Source: a virus
Reading direction: 5' to 3' (one strand)
Length of the DNA: 64,000 nucleotides
IMG/VR virus record: IMGVR_UViG_3300025451_000012
Location: 9,671-73,670 of that record
In this document: positions 8,850-17,951 of the stretch, piece after piece
Layout of the letters: every line of letters starts with the position of its first letter
Numbering within the stretch: position 1 is the stretch's first letter
The notes under the pieces: generated by a model
The model's database searches: none
What the model was told of the DNA's origin: nothing
What the model saw: only the letters and a program-made list of their open reading frames with translations
Program-made: the position numbers and the translations under genes

Positions 8850-8876
8850 AAAAGCCCCGAAAGGGGCTTTTTATTT
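8848..8876. terminator. bidirectional intrinsic terminator (AGCCCC-GAAA-GGGGCT flanked by A-run and T-run) between convergent + and - gene blocks
   Basis: perfect 6-bp GC stem, GAAA tetraloop, TTTTT 3' and AAAAAA 5'. Confidence 0.8.
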
Positions 8877-8878
8877 GG

Positions 8879-10594
8879 TTAGAATGTGTACCATTGCGTA
8901 CTTGATGACGCACTAAATTCTACCCTACTGTTTGACGTTAGTACAAACGCAGCGTTTGCAGCCAATGAATTAATTGTGCCACCTGCAGCAGGAAAAACGT
9001 TTACACTGTTTGCACTGGTGTTTACTATTTTGATTGAAACACCTGTAGTTGGAGTAGGCAGTACTGCACTATTAGCTCCGTTGATTGAGGCAGTAATAAC
9101 ATTCAACTGTTTGGTCAATGCAACTGCCGCTGATTGAGTTGCTCCTGTACTTGATACTGATGCAGCTACTGATTGTGACACTAGATTGGCTACTAGAGTA
9201 TCAGTAGTAACTGATCCAATCACTGAAACATTGCCACCAACGTTTAAGTTCTCACCGATACCTACGCCACCCGCAACCCTTAATGCGCCGGTTGTAGAAT
9301 TAGTTGATGTGGTCAAAGTGTCCACTTGTACATTTCCTGCTGCAACTTGTATCGCATACGGATTTGTGAGTGTGATATTGCCACCTGCGATCGGTGCGCC
9401 TGCAACATAGAATGATGCAGCTTTTGTCACCGTGACAGTATAATTTGCAGCAGCAATTGTTGGTCTAGCAATAGTATGAATATGTGCATTTGCTACATTG
9501 CCTGATGCAAGAGTTGAATTATCAGTATATGTCGCACCTGTTGCAATAAAGCCTATACCAGTTGTTCCCCATGCACTAGTTATCTTAGCACCTGAAGTTG
9601 TCACCGTTACACCCTGTACGGTACGGGTTGTAATGAGATTACCACCAGTGATGTTACCAGTAGCAACAACTTGTCCGGCAGTGGTCAAATTACCACCAAT
9701 TACGTTACCTGTTACATTGGCAACTCCTGCTGTAACTAAATTGCCTGCGTTTACATTACCCGTTACATTCGCAGTAGTGTTACTAAGAATCTTTGCTGCG
9801 ACTAGATTGCCGACTAACGTAATATCATTAGGAATCTCTACTGTGATAGTTCCTGATTGGGTGATTGGACTGTTTAATACAGTCAACGTATTACTCGCTA
9901 CATCAACACGAGTTACTGTGCCAGCCGCTTTCAGTGTAGATGAGATAGTAATTTCACCAGTGATTCCACTTAGCTCAATACCAGTACCAGCTGTAAGACG
10001 AGTCACACCTGTATTGGTAATTACAATTGTTCCGTTACCGATAATAGGACTACCGGTAACTGCGATTCCATTGCCGAACGCTTGCATTGCTACACTAGTT
10101 ACTGTACCGGCTGATGCAGTGTTTGTGATGCTAGTGATTCTACCGTATGCGTCTACGGTCATTGTGGGTGCAATATATTGACCCGGACTAAATTGTAGTC
10201 CTTGTTCTATCATAGGCAATTCAATACCAATGATACCTGCACTGATAACTGGACTATTTGAGACAGTGAGTGTGCTTGATGTTACGCCAACGCTAGTAAC
10301 ACCTGTATTTCCGTTACCCGATGCAGAGATAGTAACGTTACCGGCTGTGTTCGATACAGTAACGCCTGTTCCTGCAAGTACATTTAGTACTCCTGTATTG
10401 GTAATAGTAACTGTATTTCCGGATTTTTCAGTAAGTATGCCATTACCTGCTGTAAAATTTTGATAAGGACTAGCTGTTGAAAATAGTGTAGTGAAGTTTT
10501 CTTCTGTTTTGGTAAATGCAGAAAATAGACTATCTGCGCCTGTTGCTTGATTTTCTACCCCTACTTGTATGTGTTGTTGTCCTGAAATAGCCAT
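8879..10594 (-). CDS. tail-fibre-like / beta-helical repeat protein (Gly/Thr/Asn/Val-rich, almost no charged residues)
   Basis: 571-aa ORF; repetitive GNxxxTGNV motifs typical of phage fibre/adhesin shafts; late-promoter-like motif upstream. Confidence 0.65.
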   Translation of the reverse strand: MAISGQQHIQVGVENQATGADSLFSAFTKTEENFTTLFSTASPYQNFTAGNGILTEKSGNTVTITNTGVLNVLAGTGVTVSNTAGNVTISASGNGNTGVTSVGVTSSTLTVSNSPVISAGIIGIELPMIEQGLQFSPGQYIAPTMTVDAYGRITSITNTASAGTVTSVAMQAFGNGIAVTGSPIIGNGTIVITNTGVTRLTAGTGIELSGITGEITISSTLKAAGTVTRVDVASNTLTVLNSPITQSGTITVEIPNDITLVGNLVAAKILSNTTANVTGNVNAGNLVTAGVANVTGNVIGGNLTTAGQVVATGNITGGNLITTRTVQGVTVTTSGAKITSAWGTTGIGFIATGATYTDNSTLASGNVANAHIHTIARPTIAAANYTVTVTKAASFYVAGAPIAGGNITLTNPYAIQVAAGNVQVDTLTTSTNSTTGALRVAGGVGIGENLNVGGNVSVIGSVTTDTLVANLVSQSVAASVSSTGATQSAAVALTKQLNVITASINGANSAVLPTPTTGVSIKIVNTSANSVNVFPAAGGTINSLAANAAFVLTSNSRVEFSASSSTQWYTF

Positions 10595-10610
10595 ATATTC
10601 ATCCTTATTT

Positions 10611-10620
10611 AGTATTTATC
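10611..10620 (-). promoter_or_regulatory. T4-late-promoter-like element (GATAAATACT; 7/8 match to TATAAATA) ~25 nt upstream of fibre-like gene ATG
   Basis: rc of plus agtatttatc; followed by RBS AAGGATG. Confidence 0.3.
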
Positions 10621-10947
10621 TCAAACACTAAATGAGCTACCGCAGCCGCACGTTGATTGTGCTTGGGGATTCTTTATCTTGAAACTAGCACCCATTAGTT
10701 CTTCTACGTAGTCAACCTCAGCACCCTCTAGATATTGTGCGCTCATACTGTCAACTAATACACTACTATTACCGGCCGGAATCTGCCAGTCATCTTCATT
10801 TATTTCTTCATCTAGGGTAAAGCCGTAACTAAATCCACTGCAACCGCCACCTTGTACAAACATACGTAGGTGTATTGCTGGATTATTTTCTTCCGCTAGG
10901 ATATCTGCAATTTTATTGCGGGCAGAGTCTGATATTGTGATGTTCAT
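10621..10947 (-). CDS. erpA: A-type iron-sulfur cluster carrier (HesB/IscA/ErpA family)
   Basis: [11 protein letters not shown] and C-terminal [11 protein letters not shown] motifs; near-collinear similarity to E. coli ErpA. Confidence 0.8.
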   Translation of the reverse strand: MNITISDSARNKIADILAEENNPAIHLRMFVQGGGCSGFSYGFTLDEEINEDDWQIPAGNSSVLVDSMSAQYLEGAEVDYVEELMGASFKIKNPQAQSTCGCGSSFSV

Positions 10948-10980
10948 ACAGTATTTAGTGTGTATGAACGTGGCTAACGA

Positions 10981-11196
10981 TTATCGGCGACGTGTAATAC
11001 GACCCTTGCTCAAGTCATATGGACTGAACTCAATCTCAACTACATCACCTAGCAATATTTTGATTGCATGTTGACGCATTTTACCTGATATATACCCGGT
11101 CACCGTAGGACCTGAGGTTAATACTACTCTAAAAACAGCATTGGGCAACACATCAGTTACCGTACCGTCCATTCTAACACCTTCTTCTTTTGCCAT
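10981..11196 (-). CDS. infA: translation initiation factor IF-1
   Basis: 71 aa; [24 protein letters not shown]...ISGKMR...[20 protein letters not shown] closely parallels bacterial InfA (S1-like OB fold). Confidence 0.85.
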   Translation of the reverse strand: MAKEEGVRMDGTVTDVLPNAVFRVVLTSGPTVTGYISGKMRQHAIKILLGDVVEIEFSPYDLSKGRITRRR

Positions 11197-11215
11197 ACTA
11201 TTTGCCTTAAGCTCC

Positions 11216-11539
11216 TTATTTAAATACTCGGGCTTGCAACTTTGCCCACATGAATTTCTTCATTTCTTCTTCATCTTTGGTTACATACTGATATATGCCA
11301 GTAGTACGCTCTTTGATAATCTTTACACCACCACGTGGACCTTGACGCCAAACTTTGTCGCTAACTGTGGTAAGTCTATTGAATCTCAATAAAGAACGAG
11401 GCCCGTCAGTTGTGAATGAATAGGTGCCAGGCCTAATATCAGCACGGTCAAGTGTGACCTCACAGTAATATGTAAAATCAGCCACGGCGCATCCTTGCGA
11501 TATCAATTGCATCTTGGTCACAGAATACTGGAACTGCAT
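11216..11539 (-). CDS. hypothetical protein
   Basis: ORF track; 5' end overlaps upstream gene (true start may be internal). Confidence 0.45.
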   Translation of the reverse strand: MQFQYSVTKMQLISQGCAVADFTYYCEVTLDRADIRPGTYSFTTDGPRSLLRFNRLTTVSDKVWRQGPRGGVKIIKERTTGIYQYVTKDEEEMKKFMWAKLQARVFK

Positions 11540-11873
11540 TGCTCTTATGCAGTTGACCGATACCTAGCATTTTTGTACCTGTGTATTTAGGAGATTCTTT
11601 GTACGTGCCAGCACCTGCTTCACCTGTATTAAGAGAAGGGAAGTGCTTAGTTGTTCGTTGAGTAGGCGTAGTAATACTATACTGCAATGGAGCAGCTTTG
11701 AGCGCACGATTACGCTTCTTTTCTTCTTGCTCTACGCCCCATTTATTTTGCAAGTCTTTCCAAGAGGCATCAAGTTCGCGGGCACGTTGGGCCTCAACAG
11801 CATTCTTGAATTTAGTTTTACCCTTGCGCTTACCACCCATAGTTAGTGAAGGGTGCATCAGATGCATAGTCAT
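11478..11873 (-). CDS. hypothetical basic protein
   Basis: ORF track; early promoter upstream. Confidence 0.5.
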   Translation of the reverse strand: MTMHLMHPSLTMGGKRKGKTKFKNAVEAQRARELDASWKDLQNKWGVEQEEKKRNRALKAAPLQYSITTPTQRTTKHFPSLNTGEAGAGTYKESPKYTGTKMLGIGQLHKSNAVPVFCDQDAIDIARMRRG

Positions 11874-11905
11874 GGCTTAGCTTTAGTCATAGTTGATATG
11901 AGTCT

Positions 11906-11933
11906 ATTATACACGGATCTGATTAAAAGTCAA
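11906..11933 (-). promoter_or_regulatory. early promoter (TTGACT-16-TATAAT on - strand)
   Basis: plus strand reads ATTATA..AGTCAA. Confidence 0.5.
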
Positions 11934-11936
11934 GCA

Positions 11937-12326
11937 TTATCGCTTTAATATTGCCCACATTGCTTCTTTTTCAATGATTTCTTTTTCCAATGCTACGTAA
12001 GCCTCACGTAAGCCTCGTAGATTTTCCCATTTTTCTTCTAGCTTTTCGTTTGGGTGAAGGATAGCTAGTCGTGATTCTATGTTTTCTAGTAATTCGGACA
12101 ACTTCTTACCCTTAATAGTAATTTCACCGTCAAAGTTTGCATCACCTTTTACCTCTAATGACTGGCCAGCGAGATTAGTGCTACCGGTAATAGAACTGAG
12201 ATTAGACCAATTTATGCTATTAGTACCAGTTGTACCAGTTGCACCAACGGTGAGGTATGTGCCATTACTAATAGAGGTAGTGTATACCGGAACGGATGCC
12301 ATAGTATTGTTAATTGTATAAGTCAT
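11937..12326 (-). CDS. hypothetical protein with Thr/Gly-rich fibre-like N-terminus and coiled-coil C-terminus
   Basis: ORF track; TGTTGTNSINWSNLSSITGSTNLAG segment. Confidence 0.45.
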   Translation of the reverse strand: MTYTINNTMASVPVYTTSISNGTYLTVGATGTTGTNSINWSNLSSITGSTNLAGQSLEVKGDANFDGEITIKGKKLSELLENIESRLAILHPNEKLEEKWENLRGLREAYVALEKEIIEKEAMWAILKR

Positions 12327-12517
12327 TCTTTAATTGCTTTCGTCAGTACAAACTGACCTTCATCATCTAACCCAAACTGAATATCATCGCCAGTTTTCCA
12401 TCCTAGCTTTTTCAGCAAGTGAGGGGGAATGGGTAATAGTATGTCTCCGGTTATATCATCTTTCTGAGTGATGACCTCATAGCTGTCAATATGACCTTCG
12501 GGTAATTCATTGCTCAT
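12323..12517 (-). CDS. hypothetical acidic protein
   Basis: ORF track; ATGA coupling. Confidence 0.4.
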   Translation of the reverse strand: MSNELPEGHIDSYEVITQKDDITGDILLPIPPHLLKKLGWKTGDDIQFGLDDEGQFVLTKAIKE

Positions 12518-12518
12518 G

Positions 12519-13076
12519 TTATTGTTGTCCTAGATAGGGAGCGTAAATCTTTTCCAATTGCTGGATAGTGTTTTGTGTGGTCTCATCAATGTGCTTCACG
12601 GCAATGCCACCATGTTCAGACCATGCATTTAGGTACTTGTCATAGTCATCAACTAGCACATTGGGTTGACCACCTGCGGTTGCATACTTGTATTTGGCGC
12701 TAGTGAAGATTGCGTCTTTACTTGTGCCTGGATTGTGTGCATCTAACCACTCTCGCTTGCCCTGCTTACTTGCTTCGGGTTCAATTCTGATAGGAGCGCT
12801 CAGTACAGTATATGGGATGTTGTTCTTCTGTAGCCATTCTACTATAGCATTGCCACCGTGTAATGGTTTCAAATCACGGAAGAATTTGTACACTTGTTCT
12901 GGTCCTGCACTAGCCAATTTTACAATTGACGCTTCGTGGTCAGTGATGTGCTTATAGTGGTGCACATTCTCGTAGTCTGCCCATGCTTGAAAAAAGTCGG
13001 CTTGTACTCCATCCATATCCAGGTATAGATGGGGCATCTTGTCTGTAGCTGATTCCATAATGTCTCGTATCCTCAT
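12519..13076 (-). CDS. HAD-superfamily 5'(3')-deoxyribonucleotidase-like phosphatase
   Basis: HAD motif I LYLDMDGV near N-terminus; size/fold typical of phage dNMP nucleotidases. Confidence 0.65.
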   Translation of the reverse strand: MRIRDIMESATDKMPHLYLDMDGVQADFFQAWADYENVHHYKHITDHEASIVKLASAGPEQVYKFFRDLKPLHGGNAIVEWLQKNNIPYTVLSAPIRIEPEASKQGKREWLDAHNPGTSKDAIFTSAKYKYATAGGQPNVLVDDYDKYLNAWSEHGGIAVKHIDETTQNTIQQLEKIYAPYLGQQ

Positions 13077-13136
13077 TAAAATATTTATCTTATTATAGCA
13101 GTATATTTTAATAAATACAAGACATTAGGAGAAACC

Positions 13137-13343
13137 ATGGCAACCACTTTCATTTTAGATCAGTTGAACAAATTACGGGAATTTGACATTGAAGTAGATA
13201 TTCCCGAAGGATGCCATCTTCCAGGCATCATTCCGTTCAACGCTACTATCAATGAGAACAGGGGTAAATTTAAAGTCTTTGCTACTAGTTTTACCGAAGC
13301 GGAACAAAAAATTCAAGACTACATAGCAAAAAACACTGTCTAG
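13137..13343 (+). CDS. hypothetical protein
   Basis: ORF track; RBS ttaggagaaaccATG. Confidence 0.45.
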   Translation: MATTFILDQLNKLREFDIEVDIPEGCHLPGIIPFNATINENRGKFKVFATSFTEAEQKIQDYIAKNTV

Positions 13344-13382
13344 CTATCTAGCGACATATATCTTTTGATCTAAGTCAACTAA

Positions 13383-13404
13383 ATATGTATATAACTATAC
13401 ATAT
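13383..13404. repeat. perfect AT-only palindrome ATATGTATA-TAAC-TATACATAT
   Basis: read from sequence; 9-bp arms, 4-nt spacer; intergenic. Confidence 0.6.
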
Positions 13405-13415
13405 CGGAGCAACTA

Positions 13416-13619
13416 ATGATAAGAGGTATATTAAGTACCCTATTGCTCAGTTCAATTACCACTACAGTAGTCCCCGGGACTATACTAGCAGAAATGCTAA
13501 GAGATCGTCCTCAGTGCTTACGTTGGGCTTGGAGTGGGGACGTATACAATCGTACAGTATGGTGTTTAGAGTGGTCTAAGCCTGATACTACTAAGAAGGA
13601 TCAAAAGAAAAATGCTTGA
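13416..13619 (+). CDS. hypothetical protein (alt frame 13385..13579 also open)
   Basis: ORF track; RBS tatcggagcaactaATG. Confidence 0.35.
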   Translation: MIRGILSTLLLSSITTTVVPGTILAEMLRDRPQCLRWAWSGDVYNRTVWCLEWSKPDTTKKDQKKNA

Positions 13620-14229
13620 TCCTATCACCATTGGTTTGGCTTTTACAGCAGCACAATCCGCAGTCAGTCACATCAAGCAAGCCATTGCTCTAGGTAAGGA
13701 TATCAATAGCCTTGCTGGCCAGTTTAACACCTTCTTTGATTCGGCTGATAGTGTGCATCGTGCTAGAACCGAAGCAAAAGTAAAGGCAGCATTGCTCGGA
13801 AAGACTGATGCTGAGTTGGGTAAAGAGGCATTACAGATAGCAATGCACAGTAACTCATTGCGTGAAGCCGAACGAGAGTTGAAAGATATGATTATTTGGC
13901 AACTGGGTAAGCCGCAAATATGGGAGGATATGATTAAAGAACGTAACCGACTATTCAAGGAAAGAGCACAGGCCAGACGTGAAGAAGAAGAAAGACAACT
14001 AGAACATAAGAAAAAAATGGCAAATCAATTTATGATTGCTATGTATTTTATAGGATTTTCTATTGTTGCATTTTGTACTATTATGGCAGGTGTCGGAATA
14101 TACGGTGCGATAGAAGATAAAAGAATATATGAAGAAAAAGTAGAAGCACGTAGACAATCAGTATACAGGCAACACCAAGCTAGGCTAGCTGAGGATAAGA
14201 AAGCATTAGCAGACTATGCTAAAAATTAA
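13612..14229 (+). CDS. hypothetical membrane-anchored coiled-coil protein
   Basis: ORF track; C-terminal TM segment FMIAMYFIGFSIVAFCTIMAGVGIYGAI; charged coiled-coil region. Confidence 0.55.
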   Translation: MLDPITIGLAFTAAQSAVSHIKQAIALGKDINSLAGQFNTFFDSADSVHRARTEAKVKAALLGKTDAELGKEALQIAMHSNSLREAERELKDMIIWQLGKPQIWEDMIKERNRLFKERAQARREEEERQLEHKKKMANQFMIAMYFIGFSIVAFCTIMAGVGIYGAIEDKRIYEEKVEARRQSVYRQHQARLAEDKKALADYAKN

Positions 14230-14260
14230 TATTAAATAAATATACAATAGGAGAAACATT

Positions 14261-14797
14261 ATGGCAGAAGAAAAGAAACCCCTTTCACGTAGCGAACGTG
14301 AAGCACAGATCAAAGATAAGGCTGGATTAGTCATTGTCTTTATGGCATTGTTCTTGGCGGGCAATACTTATTTGTCTAACAACTTTAGTGGTGTGGCACA
14401 AACCAACTTGCTCAAAGCGAGTAACACCTATGGGTTTTATCAGTCAAAGAGTATCAAGCAAACTATTGCTGAAGGGCAATTAGAAGATGCTAAGAAAGAA
14501 AAAGACAAAGTTCGTATTGAAAAACTACAAGCTAAGATTGACCGCTATGAAAGCGATCCTAAGTCTGGCGAAGGTAAGAAAGAATTATTAGCAAAGGCAC
14601 AGGCACAAGAAGCAGCACGTGATGAAGCAAGATTACACAGCCCTTGGCTAACTTTCTCGGGTATGCTATTTCAATTAGCAATCGTATTGTTATCGGCAAG
14701 TATTTTAGCAGTTAACAATAAAATGTATACTGGTAGCATTGCGGTTGGTGCATTAGGATTAATTCTAATGGCGCAAGGTTACTGGTTATGGTTATAA
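14261..14797 (+). CDS. hypothetical membrane protein (N- and C-terminal TM helices, charged coiled-coil middle)
   Basis: ORF track; RBS ataggagaaacattATG. Confidence 0.55.
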   Translation: MAEEKKPLSRSEREAQIKDKAGLVIVFMALFLAGNTYLSNNFSGVAQTNLLKASNTYGFYQSKSIKQTIAEGQLEDAKKEKDKVRIEKLQAKIDRYESDPKSGEGKKELLAKAQAQEAARDEARLHSPWLTFSGMLFQLAIVLLSASILAVNNKMYTGSIAVGALGLILMAQGYWLWL

Positions 14798-14816
14798 CCA
14801 GTGAGGTACTATTTAT

Positions 14817-15032
14817 ATGAAGAAACTATGGGAGAAAATCTGCCAAATTTCTAAATGGGTAATAGAAGCAATACCACTAAGGACTTTGTGGCAAATATGG
14901 GCACTAGCTAATTTAGTGATCATATTTGTATTAGTTGTTGAATCAATTTTTCTATCGGGATCAACTGATAATATAAGCCGGGCTTTGCTAGGATTGTACT
15001 TAGGTGAGCCGCAGTGTAGATCAATTAGATAA
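14817..15032 (+). CDS. hypothetical small membrane protein
   Basis: ORF track; good SD GTGAGGT 8 nt upstream; preferred over antisense ORF 14813..15148. Confidence 0.4.
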   Translation: MKKLWEKICQISKWVIEAIPLRTLWQIWALANLVIIFVLVVESIFLSGSTDNISRALLGLYLGEPQCRSIR

Positions 15033-15393
15033 TCATTGCCCAAGCAATAAACAGATAGACAAGTTGATGCGCCATCTGGTCTAATCCAAGATGATTCCAA
15101 AAAGCAGGGGTAGAAATATCCCTGTTTCCATAATTCATTTTTGTCCAATCAATATGATAGTGCAATACGAAATCTAAGAATCCAAGAATTGCAGCGAATG
15201 CAATATACGGTGTACCAACTGCTAGTACGATAGCTATCATAGTGCCGATACCTTGCTTTGCACTATGATTAACACCCTCACGATCTCCGTAGATGCCTTT
15301 GCTAACAACTTCGTTCATTGATTGATTTACGAAATCAATGTACCAATGTTTGATTTGAAGAAGAATAAGTAAGATAAAAATTGAGGTAGTCAT
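15025..15393 (-). CDS. DUF3307-like integral membrane protein (start refined to ATG 15393, abutting upstream stop)
   Basis: ORF track frame; HWYIDFV...NHSAKQGIG...HYHIDW pattern. Confidence 0.45.
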   Translation of the reverse strand: MTTSIFILLILLQIKHWYIDFVNQSMNEVVSKGIYGDREGVNHSAKQGIGTMIAIVLAVGTPYIAFAAILGFLDFVLHYHIDWTKMNYGNRDISTPAFWNHLGLDQMAHQLVYLFIAWAMII

Positions 15394-15394
15394 A

Positions 15395-15655
15395 TTATTT
15401 CCTGATGGGTACGTAGTCAACGTATGGTTTGGGTGAGTAATCTTTAGTGATATTGGTTCTAATTTCATCACCGTACTTTAACGTGATGTAACTAAAAATC
15501 TTCTCGGCATCTTTCTTGTACAGGCTGATACCAATCTGTAAATAATGTGTCCATCGAGTTTTTTCAGTCACAAACTTTTTAAGGGCTATGTCTTTTAGAA
15601 TGTCATCAAAGTTATTGCTCTCGCGGTAGAAGGTATAGTATTTCATGTTTTCCAA
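15395..15655 (-). CDS. hypothetical protein
   Basis: ORF track. Confidence 0.5.
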   Translation of the reverse strand: MENMKYYTFYRESNNFDDILKDIALKKFVTEKTRWTHYLQIGISLYKKDAEKIFSYITLKYGDEIRTNITKDYSPKPYVDYVPIRK

Positions 15656-15843
15656 AGTATAAAATTAACGTAGTCTGTTTCTTCATCAAAGTAGAATCGA
15701 TACATTCCCGCATCTCTACCTGCTGACTCTATTATATCATAGCTCCAGTTATTTGCACAGTAGTCACTTGCCCATTTGATAACAGGGCCAAGTTGTCCAA
15801 ACCCTATTTCAACGTCAATCTTGAACAGGGCATTGGGTAACAC
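15643..15843 (-). CDS. hypothetical protein
   Basis: ORF track. Confidence 0.4.
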   Translation of the reverse strand: MLPNALFKIDVEIGFGQLGPVIKWASDYCANNWSYDIIESAGRDAGMYRFYFDEETDYVNFILWKT

Positions 15844-16342
15844 TTACACCACTCTTTTCTAAGAATTTTACTCCCGCCACGTCCCGATAACTATTGCGAT
15901 AGAATACGCTAGATATACCAGATTGGTAAATGAGCTTGGCACAATCAAGACAAGGAGCATGAGTAATAAAAACACTAGCATCACAGCCGCTTTGGCTCGA
16001 TTTGGCCAGCTTCGCAATCGCATTGGATTCAGCATGTAACACCTCTGGTTTAGTTTTTAAACGATAACGTCTGGCATAACCTAAATCGGGGTCTAGGTCA
16101 TCTTCAACAAAGGGCCAGCTTTCGTAAATCTCTTCTGGACTTAGCCAACCACCAGCATCTCTGCTCATGTATTCAACGTTCTCACAATTGTTATCCCAAC
16201 CTGCAGGCATACCATTGTAACCATAGCTGATAACTGAGTCATCTTTTACAATGACTGCTCCCACTTGCAGGCGTTTAGCGTGGCTTAACTTTGCAGTGCG
16301 ATCTGCCCAGTCCATATATAAGTCAATATATTTTTGTTTCAT
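15815..16342 (-). CDS. cd: dCMP deaminase
   Basis: zinc-binding HAESNAI ... PCLDCAKLI motifs of cytidine/deoxycytidylate deaminase family. Confidence 0.8.
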   Translation of the reverse strand: MKQKYIDLYMDWADRTAKLSHAKRLQVGAVIVKDDSVISYGYNGMPAGWDNNCENVEYMSRDAGGWLSPEEIYESWPFVEDDLDPDLGYARRYRLKTKPEVLHAESNAIAKLAKSSQSGCDASVFITHAPCLDCAKLIYQSGISSVFYRNSYRDVAGVKFLEKSGVSVTQCPVQD

Positions 16343-16584
16343 TTAACGTAACCGCAGTATTCAATATGCTTCATGGCATCTTCTTGTTCTCTAAACATAC
16401 TTAGTACTCTATCACTGCACTGGAATCTTTTTCTAAAGGCTCTACCAAAATTGTCACCTCTCAGCTTATCAAAGATATATTCTTTGCAGAATACTTCATA
16501 GTCTTTTTTACTGATCGGAATGAACTCAGTGTCTTTAAATGCATCACTAGCTATAGTAGAAACTATAGGGCCCCATGGATCCAT
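16339..16584 (-). CDS. hypothetical protein (start refined to ATG abutting upstream stop; track ORF 16339..16722)
   Basis: ORF track frame; avoids 137-nt overlap. Confidence 0.35.
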   Translation of the reverse strand: MDPWGPIVSTIASDAFKDTEFIPISKKDYEVFCKEYIFDKLRGDNFGRAFRKRFQCSDRVLSMFREQEDAMKHIEYCGYVK

Positions 16585-16585
16585 A

Positions 16586-17122
16586 TTAGTCCCAGAGACT
16601 TCTGTAGTATTTGCCGAACAATTCAAGACCTTCTTGGATTCGTTCTTCATGCTTTTGATGCCCAACGTAATCGTACCAGTGTTCACTGGGATTCTTGTCA
16701 ACCATTTGATAAGTAGGTTCAATTTTACCAGTGATAGGATTAGGATACGTCTTATCAGACTTTACCCAATCAAATTTTGCATCTCCGTGATGATATTGAC
16801 TATCATAATCTTTGTAAGCAATTTGCTGAAAGCTCCAGATTATTTTGTCTAATACTTCATCCCATCTTTTACATGCGAGTTCCCATGATTCATTGTGGGT
16901 ATCTTTGTAGAAATCAAAACAACTTTGATCAGTCCAATCTTCTCCACCAACATCATTCACTAACTCACTAGGAACACCGTGTTTTGATTCTTTCAACTGA
17001 ATCAACATTGGATAGATAATCTTAGCAAGAGTACTATCCATATTCCAAGTATCCCAGTTGTCGATATGTATATCAACTTTCTGATTTCCATTTTTAGGAA
17101 ACTTACCTATGTTGATTTTCAT
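16586..17122 (-). CDS. hypothetical protein
   Basis: ORF track. Confidence 0.55.
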   Translation of the reverse strand: MKINIGKFPKNGNQKVDIHIDNWDTWNMDSTLAKIIYPMLIQLKESKHGVPSELVNDVGGEDWTDQSCFDFYKDTHNESWELACKRWDEVLDKIIWSFQQIAYKDYDSQYHHGDAKFDWVKSDKTYPNPITGKIEPTYQMVDKNPSEHWYDYVGHQKHEERIQEGLELFGKYYRSLWD

Positions 17123-17457
17123 TTTGTTTCCTTTACTTCACCGTCCATAAAGATAACAATCTTGTCGTCATGCATCACGGATGCAAACTGAATGTTATTG
17201 TGCTCTTTGCATCGGGAAGCTAGTTCAGCTAGGGTTTTACCTTGGCAAATAAACATGTCTTGGTCATCGTACAATAGAATGGAGTCGGGTGTTGCAGTAG
17301 TTTTTAGCTTAAACACTTCTACTACGTCAGTGGTATCTTCTTCTGATTGTGCAATACTCAACATTACATATTGGATTCTTTTAGCTAGATATACCTCACC
17401 CAGAAAGAATCCAATAGCGAACACTACGACAAATTCAAGAAATTCTACATACATCAT
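17119..17457 (-). CDS. hypothetical membrane-anchored protein
   Basis: ORF track; N-terminal TM FVVVFAIGFFLGEVYL. Confidence 0.5.
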   Translation of the reverse strand: MMYVEFLEFVVVFAIGFFLGEVYLAKRIQYVMLSIAQSEEDTTDVVEVFKLKTTATPDSILLYDDQDMFICQGKTLAELASRCKEHNNIQFASVMHDDKIVIFMDGEVKETK

Positions 17458-17735
17458 TTGTTGATAGTCAAATTAGACCACACCTTTAGTTTTTCAAATT
17501 TATTCTTCTTAGCCAATGCTAGACCTTCGGTAGTCACCCCGATATCTAAGTCAGTTAGCAATTCAACCATTGCCAAAAAGTCACCAATTTCTTCTTCAAG
17601 CATACCGATGTTGGACACTTCCTTGTTTGGCTTGATTTGATCGGGACCAAAACGCATACACTTGCTCACCGCTTGAATGACCTCTGCACCTTCTTCTTGC
17701 AGGATCAACATGATTTCTCTTGTTTGGTCGTTCAT
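17454..17735 (-). CDS. MazG-like nucleoside triphosphate pyrophosphohydrolase (small all-alpha NTP-PPase)
   Basis: EEGAEVIQAV and LEEEIGDFLAM motifs resembling MazG EExxE/EExGD boxes. Confidence 0.45.
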   Translation of the reverse strand: MNDQTREIMLILQEEGAEVIQAVSKCMRFGPDQIKPNKEVSNIGMLEEEIGDFLAMVELLTDLDIGVTTEGLALAKKNKFEKLKVWSNLTINK

Positions 17736-17950
17736 TTTCGTTTTATCGAGTTCAACACAGTAACTAAATCTTCAAGCGGTTCTGATACTTCCCAAGTACC
17801 ATGAGGTGGACAGAATACATAAGTGATGCGCTCTGTTACTCCATTCTCCCGGGTGACTAGTGCGTCATGCACCGTAGCAATTAGATTTGCATTAATTGCT
17901 ATGCTATTTCCCTTATGGGCTTCGGTTGCGTTTGTTAATGTTACGTACAT
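17732..17950 (-). CDS. hypothetical protein
   Basis: ORF track; ATGA coupling. Confidence 0.45.
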   Translation of the reverse strand: MYVTLTNATEAHKGNSIAINANLIATVHDALVTRENGVTERITYVFCPPHGTWEVSEPLEDLVTVLNSIKRK

Positions 17951-17951
17951 A

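Noticed and set aside
8886-10463. Plus-strand ORFs 8886..9137, 9186..9410, 9498..10181 and 10230..10463, which lie inside the tail-fibre-like gene
   Set aside because: These are antisense shadow ORFs of a long repetitive low-complexity gene. They have Pro/Val/Thr-rich nonsense composition and no RBS or promoter.
14813-15148. Minus-strand 111-aa ORF overlapping 14817..15032 (+) and 15025..15471 (-)
   Set aside because: It overlaps two better-supported genes and has Cys/His-rich odd composition. The plus ORF has a good GAGGT SD.
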